From: Halarcobacter sp.
Lineage (GTDB): Bacteria; Campylobacterota; Campylobacteria; Campylobacterales; Arcobacteraceae
Direction of reading: 5' to 3'
DNA: 64,000 bases
Assembly: GCA_963676565.1 (NCBI GenBank)
Contig: OY781089.1
Span: 352,001-416,000 of the forward strand
A model generated the notes under the pieces. The model worked only from the letters and a program-made list of their open reading frames with translations, did no database searches and was not told where the DNA came from. Positions 19,732 through 30,751 of this stretch are shown in pieces; within the stretch, counting starts at the first letter, position 1; the number at the start of each line of letters is the position of its first letter. The position numbers and the translations under genes were made by a program.

Positions 19732-20419
19732 TCTCAATTACCTCAAATCGACCTACTAATTTATTATTTTTTAAATGTACTTCACTAAATTCAATCTTTA
19801 TTTTATCAAGATTAATATATGCTTTAGGATATCCCTCAGCATCAAGCATTCGAATAAAATCATACATTTTATTTAAAGTTTTTTCGTTAAGACCTAAAAT
19901 GTTACTTTCATCCGATTTTCTTCTTTTAAACGTTACAACCTCACCAGTTTGTTTTTGAGGTAATAAATCATTTTTTAAAAAATCAGGAATCATCTTCTCA
20001 AATATAATATTTGAAATACGAATAAAGTTTTCTTCAGCACTTCCTACACTAATATTAAAGTCATATTTTAAAAACACATCTCCCGTATCTAAACCACCAT
20101 CAACTTTAAGTGCAGATATTTTAGTTTCATAAACCTCATTCATAATTAAGTTTTGAAAAGGACTGCCTCCTCGACCATATGGTAAATCTGTCATATGAAA
20201 TACTATACATGTAAAATTATTATAAATATCATCTCTTATAATCCATGACCAATGAGGGAAAAAAATATATTTAGGATTAATTTTAGATACAAGTTCGTAT
20301 GTTAACTCTTCTTTATTAGTTATAAGATGAAATTTATATTTATTTTCATTAAATTCTTTAATCTTGAAAAAGTTTTTTATATTCCATTCTTTTATAGTTG
20401 CAATAATTATATTTTCCAT
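19724..20419 (-). CDS. Formyltransferase-family protein (methionyl-tRNA formyltransferase-like)
   Basis: FFPHWSW, VFHMTDLPYGRGGSP.QNLI, GLDTG, IRMLDAEGYPKA. Confidence 0.85.
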   Translation of the reverse strand: MENIIIATIKEWNIKNFFKIKEFNENKYKFHLITNKEELTYELVSKINPKYIFFPHWSWIIRDDIYNNFTCIVFHMTDLPYGRGGSPFQNLIMNEVYETKISALKVDGGLDTGDVFLKYDFNISVGSAEENFIRISNIIFEKMIPDFLKNDLLPQKQTGEVVTFKRRKSDESNILGLNEKTLNKMYDFIRMLDAEGYPKAYINLDKIKIEFSEVHLKNNKLVGRFEVIENE

Positions 20420-20422
20420 AAT

Positions 20423-21361
20423 TTACCTATCAGCTTTTGTTAATAGCTTAATTAATTTTTTTTGTAGCTTTATAGTGTCAAATGAATTCAAAACATCAAA
20501 ATTTTTCTTTTTTAAATATGAATATATCTCTTTTTGATTACTTGCTGTTTTTATTGCTATAAATGGAACTTTCATAAAATATATTTCATTTATAGTCACA
20601 CTTGGGGTAATTATAGCAAGATTACTTTTTGCCATTAGTTCTGCAATTTTATTTGAATTTATATGTAATCTAATCCATTTTTCATACTTACAATATTTTA
20701 CTAAACTTTTTAAATTTTTATTTGCAGTTGTTGTGACTAAATTAATTCTTATTTTTTCTTTATAAAGTTTATTAACTTTTTTTATAGTTTTTAGTATATC
20801 TACATTTATATTGCTATGATCCGCTCCACCCATTGCAATAAAAACTGAAAAAGTATTTCTATTTAAACTTCCTCTTTTTCTTTTTAATTTTTTCTTTTCA
20901 ATTAAAAATTCTTCTCTTAAAAGAGTAAATTTACTTCCACATCTTAATTCACAGTTAGGTGGTACTAAATTTTTATATTTTTTTTTACTTGCACCCATAT
21001 TGTGATTTAACAATATATCACAATGGTGTTTTTCATAAGTGTCATCAAGTACCATAATTTTTAATTCTGGATTTTTAACTTTTAATTGTTTTTCATAAGT
21101 GTAGTCAATACCATAATGATCTATTATAATCATATCAATAGATAGTTTTTTTATGAGTATTTTTACTTCTTCTATATCATTAGATTTTAGGATAACTTTT
21201 TTATATGCAGTTTCATCAATCTTATGATTCACTGACCCCTCTAGTTCTTGAGTGGCAAAAGTAATTTTTGATTTGGGATACTGTTTTGCAAGAACAAGAT
21301 CTCGCATAATATGCCCAATACCTATTTTAGATGACGAGTCTGTTCTAAAAAGAATATTCAT
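20423..21361 (-). CDS. pseG: UDP-2,4-diacetamido-2,4,6-trideoxy-beta-L-altropyranose hydrolase
   Basis: FRTDSSSKIGIGHIMRDLVLA, IDHY, LLREEF, MGGAD, ASNQ; follows pseF. Confidence 0.9.
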   Translation of the reverse strand: MNILFRTDSSSKIGIGHIMRDLVLAKQYPKSKITFATQELEGSVNHKIDETAYKKVILKSNDIEEVKILIKKLSIDMIIIDHYGIDYTYEKQLKVKNPELKIMVLDDTYEKHHCDILLNHNMGASKKKYKNLVPPNCELRCGSKFTLLREEFLIEKKKLKRKRGSLNRNTFSVFIAMGGADHSNINVDILKTIKKVNKLYKEKIRINLVTTTANKNLKSLVKYCKYEKWIRLHINSNKIAELMAKSNLAIITPSVTINEIYFMKVPFIAIKTASNQKEIYSYLKKKNFDVLNSFDTIKLQKKLIKLLTKADR

Positions 21362-21362
21362 A

Positions 21363-22064
21363 TTAAAATTCTCTATTTTGTTTTAATGCAGAATACATAT
21401 ATTCAGCTCTAGTCCAATCTTCTAATGTATCTATGTCTTGCACTAAATGTCTTGGTAAAACAATAGGTATGCTATCTTTCCCAAACATTACTTCATCTGA
21501 ATTTTTACCTACTTTAGTCCAATAAAATTGTCCTGCATCTTGGTAAGCTTCTTCTAAATCTTGGCTTCTTTTCATATAATTTTCAGGCCAAAACATTTTA
21601 CATCTATTATTCTCATCTATTTTAAAAGTTCTTTGAATAGGAAAAGGCATGGAAGTGCATGAAAAAGTATTTATTGCATCACTGTTTTTTAACTTAGTAT
21701 AACCTTCCACTAAGTATTTTTCTTGAAGTAATGGAGCAGTTGCATAAATTGTGCAACAATAATCATATACTTCTCCCTTTAGTTCAAGATAGTCTATTGC
21801 ATGATTGGTTACATCACCCGTACCTGTAAAATCATCACTTAATTCTTTAGGTCTTAAAAAAGGAACTTGGGCACCATATTTTTTAGAAATTTCTGCAATC
21901 TCTTCATCATCTGTACTTACCACAACTTTTTCAAACAATTTAGATTTTAAAGCCACTTCAATACTATATGCAATTAAAGGTTTACCATGGAAATCTTTAA
22001 TATTTTTTTTAGGAATTCTTTTACTACCACCACGAGCAGGTATAATTGCAATAGATTTAGACAT
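21363..22064 (-). CDS. pseF: Pseudaminic acid cytidylyltransferase
   Basis: IIPARGGSKRIPKKNIK, YATAP, RSQDLEEAYQDAGQFYW, QDIDTLEDW. Confidence 0.93.
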   Translation of the reverse strand: MSKSIAIIPARGGSKRIPKKNIKDFHGKPLIAYSIEVALKSKLFEKVVVSTDDEEIAEISKKYGAQVPFLRPKELSDDFTGTGDVTNHAIDYLELKGEVYDYCCTIYATAPLLQEKYLVEGYTKLKNSDAINTFSCTSMPFPIQRTFKIDENNRCKMFWPENYMKRSQDLEEAYQDAGQFYWTKVGKNSDEVMFGKDSIPIVLPRHLVQDIDTLEDWTRAEYMYSALKQNREF

Positions 22065-23187
22065 TACATATCTCCAAGATTAAGTTTATTACATATATTT
22101 GTTCATCTTTTGATAAAAGAGGGTAAATAGGTAAACTTATTGCCTTTTCATAATATTCATCCATTATAGGAGTATTTTCATTCCCATATCCTAAATTTTG
22201 ATAGTATGGTTGTTTATTTATGGGAATATAGTGATATTGAAGACCAATATTTTTTTCTCTCATTTTTAAAACAAACTCTTTCTTTTCTATGTTTAGTTTT
22301 TCAAATTCAATTTTTATTACATACAAATGATATGCGCTTTCATTTGAAAAGGAGTACAAAGGAGATATTAAATCAACTGATTTAAAAAACTCATCATACC
22401 TTTTAGCGATACTTCGTCTTTTATCTAAAAAAGAATCAAGTTTTTTTAATTGAGATATTCCTAATGCACATGAGATATCAGTTAATCTATAATTAAATCC
22501 TAATTCTGTCATATCATAATGCCAAGGTGCAACTTCACTATTTGACTTCATTCCATGATTTCTTAAAAGTATAAGTTTTTCGTAAATCTCTTTTGAATTT
22601 GTAGTTATCGCCCCACCCTCTCCTGTAGTTAAACTTTTAACAGGATGAAAAGAGAATATTGAGATATCACTATTTGTGCATGAGCCAGTTTTTATACCAT
22701 TTTGAATAGCTCCAATAGCATGTGCATTATCTTCTAAAATCTTGATTTTATATTTTTCTTTTATCTCTTTTAATTTTTTTTGATTTACTTGATTACCTGA
22801 AAATGACACTACATATATAGCTTTAATAGAAGAATCTTTTTCTAATTCTTTTTCACAAAGGTCTAAATCAATATTCCCATCTTCGCAAATATCCACAAAA
22901 ACTGGTTTTGCATTTACATAAAGCACTGAATTAGAAGTTGCTAAAAATGAGTTGGGTGTTGTTAAAACTTTGTCACCATCATTTAAAAGTACAATTGAAG
23001 ATAAATGTAAAGCAGCAGTACCATTTGATACAGCCACACAATATTTTGCATCACAATATTTTGCAATTGAGTCTTCAAACTCTTTTACTTTTGGCCCTGT
23101 TGTTAAATAATCAGATTTTAAAACTTCAACAATACTATTTATATCTTCTTCATCAATAGTTTGCTTACCATAAGGGATGAAATTCAT
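22057..23187 (-). CDS. pseC: UDP-4-amino-4,6-dideoxy-N-acetyl-beta-L-altrosamine transaminase
   Basis: IPYGKQ.I..EDI, LTTGPKV, FSFHPVKSLTTGEGG, LGFNYRLTDI. Confidence 0.93.
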   Translation of the reverse strand: MNFIPYGKQTIDEEDINSIVEVLKSDYLTTGPKVKEFEDSIAKYCDAKYCVAVSNGTAALHLSSIVLLNDGDKVLTTPNSFLATSNSVLYVNAKPVFVDICEDGNIDLDLCEKELEKDSSIKAIYVVSFSGNQVNQKKLKEIKEKYKIKILEDNAHAIGAIQNGIKTGSCTNSDISIFSFHPVKSLTTGEGGAITTNSKEIYEKLILLRNHGMKSNSEVAPWHYDMTELGFNYRLTDISCALGISQLKKLDSFLDKRRSIAKRYDEFFKSVDLISPLYSFSNESAYHLYVIKIEFEKLNIEKKEFVLKMREKNIGLQYHYIPINKQPYYQNLGYGNENTPIMDEYYEKAISLPIYPLLSKDEQIYVINLILEICNV

Positions 23188-24195
<1,008 letters not shown>

Positions 24196-24290
24196 TTATA
24201 ATGATATATTTTAACTAATTTATTATTTAACTTTAATTTTAAGAGTTTATATGAGATAATTTAAATTATTAAATTTAATTAGGTTTTTAT

Positions 24291-24503
24291 ATGGCAAACA
24301 ACATTATTCCAGAAGATATTTTGAAAATTCAAAAAAAACTAGCTACTTTTGAAAAAGGGAGTAGAAATTATAAAAAATATACAAAAATACTTGCAAAACA
24401 TATAAAAAAGTTTTCTATGAAAAAAAGAGTTAATTCACATATTAAAACAATAGAAAATGTACAAAAGATTCAAGAAGGGAAATCAAAAGATAAAGAAGAT
24501 TAA
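24291..24503 (+). CDS. Small basic hypothetical protein
   Basis: 70-aa Lys-rich ORF with AGG upstream; fills the gap between the divergent pseB and recA. Confidence 0.65.
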   Translation: MANNIIPEDILKIQKKLATFEKGSRNYKKYTKILAKHIKKFSMKKRVNSHIKTIENVQKIQEGKSKDKED

Positions 24504-24509
24504 AAATAA

Positions 24510-24528
24510 ATATTGCAATTTGCAATAT
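24510..24528. promoter_or_regulatory. Perfect 9-1-9 inverted repeat upstream of recA (candidate operator)
   Basis: ATATTGCAA-T-TTGCAATAT; a -10-like TAAAAT lies at 24555-24560. Confidence 0.4.
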
Positions 24529-24593
24529 AAGTAACTACTTTAAAAATAATTCGCTAAAATTCCAACATAAAATAAAACACAGGACACAAAACA

Positions 24594-25628
24594 ATGGATG
24601 ATAATCAAAAAAAATCATTAGAACTAGCTATTAAACAAATTGATAAAACATTTGGTAAAGGAACTTTAATTAGACTTGGGGATAAAGAAGTTGTTCCAAC
24701 GGAATCAATATCAACAGGATCATTAGGACTTGACTTAGCACTTGGTGTTGGTGGTCTTCCAAAAGGAAGAGTAGTAGAAATCTATGGACCTGAATCATCA
24801 GGTAAAACAACTTTAACTTTACATGCTATTGCAGAAGCTCAAAAAGCTGGTGGAGTATGTGCTTTTATTGATGCAGAACATGCACTAGATGTTATTTATG
24901 CAAAAAATCTTGGTGTTGATACAGATAATCTACTTGTATCTCAACCAGATTTTGGTGAGCAAGCCTTAGAAATTCTAGAAACTGTTATTAGAAGTGGAGC
25001 CGTTGATTTAGTTGTAGTTGACTCAGTTGCAGCACTTACTCCCAAAGTTGAAATTGATGGAGATATGGATGACCAACAAGTTGGTGTTCAAGCTAGACTT
25101 ATGAGTAAAGCACTTAGAAAAATTACTGGTCTTTTAAACAAAATGCACTGTACCGTTATCTTTATTAACCAAATTAGAATGAAAATTGGTATGACGGGTT
25201 ATGGATCTCCAGAAACCACTACTGGTGGAAATGCATTAAAATTCTACTCTTCTGTTAGACTAGATATTAGAAGAATTGCAACTTTAAAACAAGGTGAAAA
25301 TTCTATTGGTAATAGAGTAAAAGTTAAAGTTGTTAAAAATAAAGTTGCGCCACCATTTAAACAAGCTGAATTTGATATTATGTTTGGTGAAGGTGTGTCA
25401 AAAATGGGTGAACTTATTGATTATGGTGTAAAACTTGACATTGTTGATAAAGCAGGAGCATGGTTTAGCTATGAAGATACAAAAATTGGTCAAGGTAAAG
25501 AAAACTCAAAAGTATTCTTAAAAGAAAACCCTCAAATAGCTAAGGAAATAGAAGAAAAAATTTTAGTAGCCATGGGAATTAATGATGCAATTATTCAAGG
25601 TGAAGAAGAAACTACAGAAGAAGATTAA
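24594..25628 (+). CDS. recA: Recombinase RecA
   Basis: [33 protein letters not shown]. Confidence 0.99.
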   Translation: MDDNQKKSLELAIKQIDKTFGKGTLIRLGDKEVVPTESISTGSLGLDLALGVGGLPKGRVVEIYGPESSGKTTLTLHAIAEAQKAGGVCAFIDAEHALDVIYAKNLGVDTDNLLVSQPDFGEQALEILETVIRSGAVDLVVVDSVAALTPKVEIDGDMDDQQVGVQARLMSKALRKITGLLNKMHCTVIFINQIRMKIGMTGYGSPETTTGGNALKFYSSVRLDIRRIATLKQGENSIGNRVKVKVVKNKVAPPFKQAEFDIMFGEGVSKMGELIDYGVKLDIVDKAGAWFSYEDTKIGQGKENSKVFLKENPQIAKEIEEKILVAMGINDAIIQGEEETTEED

Positions 25629-25654
25629 TCAAAGAGAATATTCTCTTTGATTAA
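25625..25654. terminator. Perfect 30-bp palindrome at the recA stop, probable terminator hairpin
   Basis: TTAATCAAAGAGAATATTCTCTTTGATTAA is its own reverse complement. Confidence 0.65.
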
Positions 25655-25771
25655 AATCATAAAAATTAAGACTTAACCTATTCATAATCTTTCAAAATAC
25701 TTTTATAAAAGCAATTACCAATGAAAATTTTAGTAGAATATACCAATTTTATTCAAAATAGGAGACCATAA

Positions 25772-27046
<1,275 letters not shown>

Positions 27047-27049
27047 TTT

Positions 27050-27292
27050 ATGAAAGAAAATAGTGGTATTATAAAAAAATTTTCGATAATGGCAACAGTT
27101 TCTGTTGCTATTACGATATTTCTTGGATATCATGTCTCAAATGTTCTTTTTGGAGATAACTCTTTAGAGGTTTATAACTCTTTAAAACATAAAAAAGAGT
27201 ATCTTCAAAGTGAAATAAAAAGATTACAACAAGAAAATGCTTATTTACAAAAAGAGTATTTTGAATTAAAAAACTTGGAGCCTGAGGAATGA
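27050..27292 (+). CDS. ftsB: Septum formation initiator/FtsB-like protein
   Basis: Single TM helix, then LFGDNS and a coiled coil; sits directly downstream of eno, a conserved position. Confidence 0.65.
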   Translation: MKENSGIIKKFSIMATVSVAITIFLGYHVSNVLFGDNSLEVYNSLKHKKEYLQSEIKRLQQENAYLQKEYFELKNLEPEE

Positions 27293-27954
27293 AAAAACTA
27301 TTTACACTTCTACTTTTACTATCTGTTAGTTTAATTGCTAGGGAAAACCCTTTTGAAGCAACAAATACATATCAAGAAGAAGCAGCAAGACTTATTGAAA
27401 TAAATGAACCTGAAGAGGATTATGCAGTTGAATTTCAACAAGAGCAACACTATGTTAAAGAGATGTATGAAAAAATGAATAAGCCTGAGCCTGAGGTTAA
27501 GCCAGTTACTGAAGAAAAAGTTAAACAAATGATTGAAAAGGCAAAAAAAGAAGTTAAACCTAAGACAATCATAAAAAAAGAAATAATTATAAAAGAACCA
27601 AAACAAGAAGTTGTTTATGTAAAACCAAGACTTGATATTACAAATGAAAAAGAATTACTTCCTTTTGTAAAAATCGAATACGATAATGATAAATTAGATA
27701 TTCATACAAAATATAAAGTTATAAAGAAAATGACACTTCCAGGGAAAAAGAAAATTATTATAGATTTTAGTGCGAAGGAAAATTTTTATACTATTAGAGA
27801 AAATTTAAACTCTACAAACTTCCCAAAAATTGCAGTTGGAAATCATAAAAATGAGAACTATTTTAGAATAGTTGTAGAACTTGCAAATATGCCAGAAGAT
27901 TATGAAGTTACTTACGATGATAAGATGGTAAGTATTATTAAGCTTTATGAATAA
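27289..27954 (+). CDS. AMIN-domain periplasmic protein
   Basis: Signal peptide plus ARENPF, C-terminal KIIIDF...GNH..YFRIVVEL; usual Campylobacterota position after eno-ftsB. Confidence 0.75.
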   Translation: MKKLFTLLLLLSVSLIARENPFEATNTYQEEAARLIEINEPEEDYAVEFQQEQHYVKEMYEKMNKPEPEVKPVTEEKVKQMIEKAKKEVKPKTIIKKEIIIKEPKQEVVYVKPRLDITNEKELLPFVKIEYDNDKLDIHTKYKVIKKMTLPGKKKIIIDFSAKENFYTIRENLNSTNFPKIAVGNHKNENYFRIVVELANMPEDYEVTYDDKMVSIIKLYE

Positions 27955-27957
27955 TCT

Positions 27958-27995
27958 TTAAAGGTTTAGTAAAACTCTTTTTCCTAAACCTTTAA
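27958..27995. terminator. Bidirectional terminator-like inverted repeat between the convergent AMIN and response regulator genes
   Basis: TTAAAGGTTTAG (27958-27969) pairs with CTAAACCTTTAA (27984-27995). Confidence 0.6.
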
Positions 27996-28655
27996 GATAT
28001 ACCCCTGCCCTTTTAAAGTTTCAATATCTAATTCAGGAACTTTTTTTCTTAGTCTAAAAAGTAATTGCCTTCTATTTTCATCATTTGTAATATTAGTATG
28101 CCACAATACTAAATCTACATATTCATTTGTTATTATAGTATTTTTATTTTGTATTAGTATGTGTAAAAATTGTTCTTCTTTTTTGGTCAGAATTATTCTC
28201 TCATCATTCTTTAATAAGCTTTTATTTTGTATATCATACATATATCCATTGTTTAATTCTATTGGTTTAATATTATCATTTAAACCAAAACGAAATGTTG
28301 CAAGTTTTACCTCTCTTAACAGATGACTATCTAAATAGGGTTTTACTATATATCCTGTAAAGTTTACATTAGAAGCCTCTGCTAGTGTCGAATCATCATG
28401 GTATGAAGTTAAAAATATAACAGGAACATTAAAGTTTTTTTGAATCAATTGAGCTGTTTCAATTCCATTTAAATCACCTTTTATATTTATATCTGCAATG
28501 ATTAAATCTATATCATTTTGAAACATTACATCTATTGCTTGTTCACTTCTACTAGCTATTGATACTACATTATAGCCTGCTATATTCAAGGTTCTTTTCA
28601 TTTTTTGTGCTGCAAGCATCATATCTTCAATAATTAATATATTAATCTTTTTCAT
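27984..28655 (-). CDS. DNA-binding response regulator (receiver plus OmpR/PhoB winged helix)
   Basis: LIIED, IIADINI (phospho-Asp), FLTS, KPY; C-terminal LTKKE...RLRKK...IETLKGQGY. Confidence 0.92.
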   Translation of the reverse strand: MKKINILIIEDMMLAAQKMKRTLNIAGYNVVSIASRSEQAIDVMFQNDIDLIIADINIKGDLNGIETAQLIQKNFNVPVIFLTSYHDDSTLAEASNVNFTGYIVKPYLDSHLLREVKLATFRFGLNDNIKPIELNNGYMYDIQNKSLLKNDERIILTKKEEQFLHILIQNKNTIITNEYVDLVLWHTNITNDENRRQLLFRLRKKVPELDIETLKGQGYILKV

Positions 28656-28661
28656 TCTTTA

Positions 28662-28696
28662 ATTGTAACACTTCAACGTTATAATCTTCGTTATAA
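28662..28696 (-). promoter_or_regulatory. Regulator promoter: TAAC-N8-TAAC direct repeat plus extended -10 TGtTACAAT, 6 nt before the ATG
   Basis: Minus strand reads ttaTAACgaagattaTAACgttgaagTGtTACAATtaaagaATG; same geometry as the tpsA promoters. Confidence 0.6.
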
Positions 28697-28746
28697 ATTA
28701 AATATATTATTTTTTTTATGTTAAACTTCCTTAAAAAAAGAGTTTT

Positions 28747-30603
28747 ATGCGTTATCTTGTATTGATACTTTTCATTGTATTAAATCTAAATGCTATAGTA
28801 GTCTCGTCAAATAACACTCCAATAAATTTACTTAAATATTCAAAAGTTTATCATGATTTAGGAAGTAAAGAAACAATTCATACTATTACTAAAAAAGAGA
28901 AAGATTTTACTTTACTAAAAAAAGATTTTATAGATTATTGCAATTTAGTTGATGAAAGTGTATGGATAAAGTTTGATTTAAAAAACAACTTAAATATACC
29001 TTTAGATAAAACTTTAGTAATTGATAATATTCTTACTGAAAAAATAGAACTCTATGAAATAAAAGATGGGAGAGCTCAACTTCTTCAAACAACAGGAATG
29101 TTTCATAGAAAAAAGTTTGAGGGTGTTGTCAATTTCAATCTACCTATTTTTATAAAGGCAAATTCAACTCATAGTTTTTATCTAAGAGTTCAGGACACAC
29201 AATTATCTTTATGGTTTAAACCTATTCTTTACAATCAAAATGAATTTTATAAATATGATACAAGCAAGCAAATAATCTGGGCTTTGTTTTTTGGAGGAAT
29301 CCTTTCTTTAATTATTTATAATATATTTTTATTTATTTTTACAAAAGATCTCATTTATTTTTATTATTCCCTTTATTTAGTGGCAACTTTGATGCAAAAT
29401 GAATTTGCTCTTTATGCAAAATTTCATATTTTTCCTATGCATGATGCAGAATATGTAAAAAAAGATTTTAATTTCTCGATATACTATATAAACTTTCTTG
29501 TAACATTTACTATGTCTTTGTTTATAAGAAGTTTTTTACAAACAAAACAGTATCCAAAAATAGACTTCTCTTTGAAAGTATTAATAGCTATTATTCCTAT
29601 ATATTATATACTTCAAGCAATTTATGATATTTTTGCACTAGAAGCTGTTGTACTATTTTTATTTTTTATACCATATTATTTTTTATGGATTGGATTTTAT
29701 GCTTTATTCAAAAAAAATCCCCAAGCAAAATTTTTCCTTATAGGTTGGAGTTTCGCTCTAGTAGGTTGGTTAAGCTTATTTTTCCAACATATGGGAATCA
29801 TCCCTGTAAGATATATTTATAGTTATACTTTTGAAACTCTTATAATAACTGAATGTATCCTTTTTGCTATATTCTTAGCATATAGAATCAGAAATTTAGA
29901 AAAAAAGAAAAATGACCTTACAAAAACACTACTTGAGAAACAAAAAGATGAATCAAAAAGATTAGAAGATACTGTAAAAATTAGAACACAAGAACTAAAT
30001 AAAGAGTTAAAGCAAAATGAATTACTTCTAAAAGAGTTACACCATAGAGTTAAAAATAATATGCAGTTTATCACCTCTTTATATGCTTTGAAACTAAATG
30101 AAAACGCAGATTTACAAATGGAAGAAAAACTTCAAGATGTAGAACGTAAAATTCATGCAATGAGTATAGTTCACCAAATGTTATACAATCAAAAAAATAT
30201 CGAAAATATTAATGCAAAAATATACTTTGAAAAAGTTATTGAAAATATAAAAAATAGTTTTGAGATGGATAATATCACTTTCAAATTAGACATTAATGCC
30301 TCTTTAGATTTAGAAGAAGCTATATATTGTGGTCTTATAGTAAATGAACTTGTTACAAATGCAATAAAATATGCCTTCGATGGGAAAGAGGGTTGTATTA
30401 GTATAAATCTAAATAATCATAAAAATGGTATTTTATTAGAAGTATCTGACAATGGAAAAGGACTAACAAAATCTGATAAAATGACTTTTGGACAAATGAT
30501 GGTTGAATCCCTTGCAACAGAGCAATTAGAGGGTGAAATTGATATTAAAGTTGACAATGGAACCCATATCTCTTTATGGTTTAATAATAAAATAAAAAAG
30601 TAA
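28747..30603 (+). CDS. Sensor histidine kinase with 7TM-DISM extracellular and 7TM domains and a HisKA_2-type kinase
   Basis: Signal peptide, periplasmic W.KF.L.N region, seven hydrophobic segments (YNIFLFIFTKDLIYFYY), ELHHRVKNNMQ, NELVTNAIKYAF, DNGKG. Confidence 0.9.
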   Translation: MRYLVLILFIVLNLNAIVVSSNNTPINLLKYSKVYHDLGSKETIHTITKKEKDFTLLKKDFIDYCNLVDESVWIKFDLKNNLNIPLDKTLVIDNILTEKIELYEIKDGRAQLLQTTGMFHRKKFEGVVNFNLPIFIKANSTHSFYLRVQDTQLSLWFKPILYNQNEFYKYDTSKQIIWALFFGGILSLIIYNIFLFIFTKDLIYFYYSLYLVATLMQNEFALYAKFHIFPMHDAEYVKKDFNFSIYYINFLVTFTMSLFIRSFLQTKQYPKIDFSLKVLIAIIPIYYILQAIYDIFALEAVVLFLFFIPYYFLWIGFYALFKKNPQAKFFLIGWSFALVGWLSLFFQHMGIIPVRYIYSYTFETLIITECILFAIFLAYRIRNLEKKKNDLTKTLLEKQKDESKRLEDTVKIRTQELNKELKQNELLLKELHHRVKNNMQFITSLYALKLNENADLQMEEKLQDVERKIHAMSIVHQMLYNQKNIENINAKIYFEKVIENIKNSFEMDNITFKLDINASLDLEEAIYCGLIVNELVTNAIKYAFDGKEGCISINLNNHKNGILLEVSDNGKGLTKSDKMTFGQMMVESLATEQLEGEIDIKVDNGTHISLWFNNKIKK

Positions 30604-30751
30604 CACAAGAAATAACGATAGCTAAATATAATACTTAAATATAAGAAAAAAAGTTTTTTTATGTTTAAGGATATATCATGAAATTAAATCACAACTATTC
30701 TTCACGTTTTAGAATACTAAAAGGTGGGAAGATAAGCTTAGTAGTAAGTGC
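30594..30751 (+). repeat. Direct repeat R1 copy 1: tpsA promoter plus first 74 coding nt, identical to 34468-34625
   Basis: 158 nt compared base by base and identical; offset 3874. Confidence 0.9.
30601..30632 (+). promoter_or_regulatory. tpsA1 promoter: TAAC-N8-TAAC plus TATAAT
   Basis: TAACacaagaaaTAACgatagctaaaTATAAT; AAGGA ribosome-binding site before ATG 30678. Confidence 0.65.
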
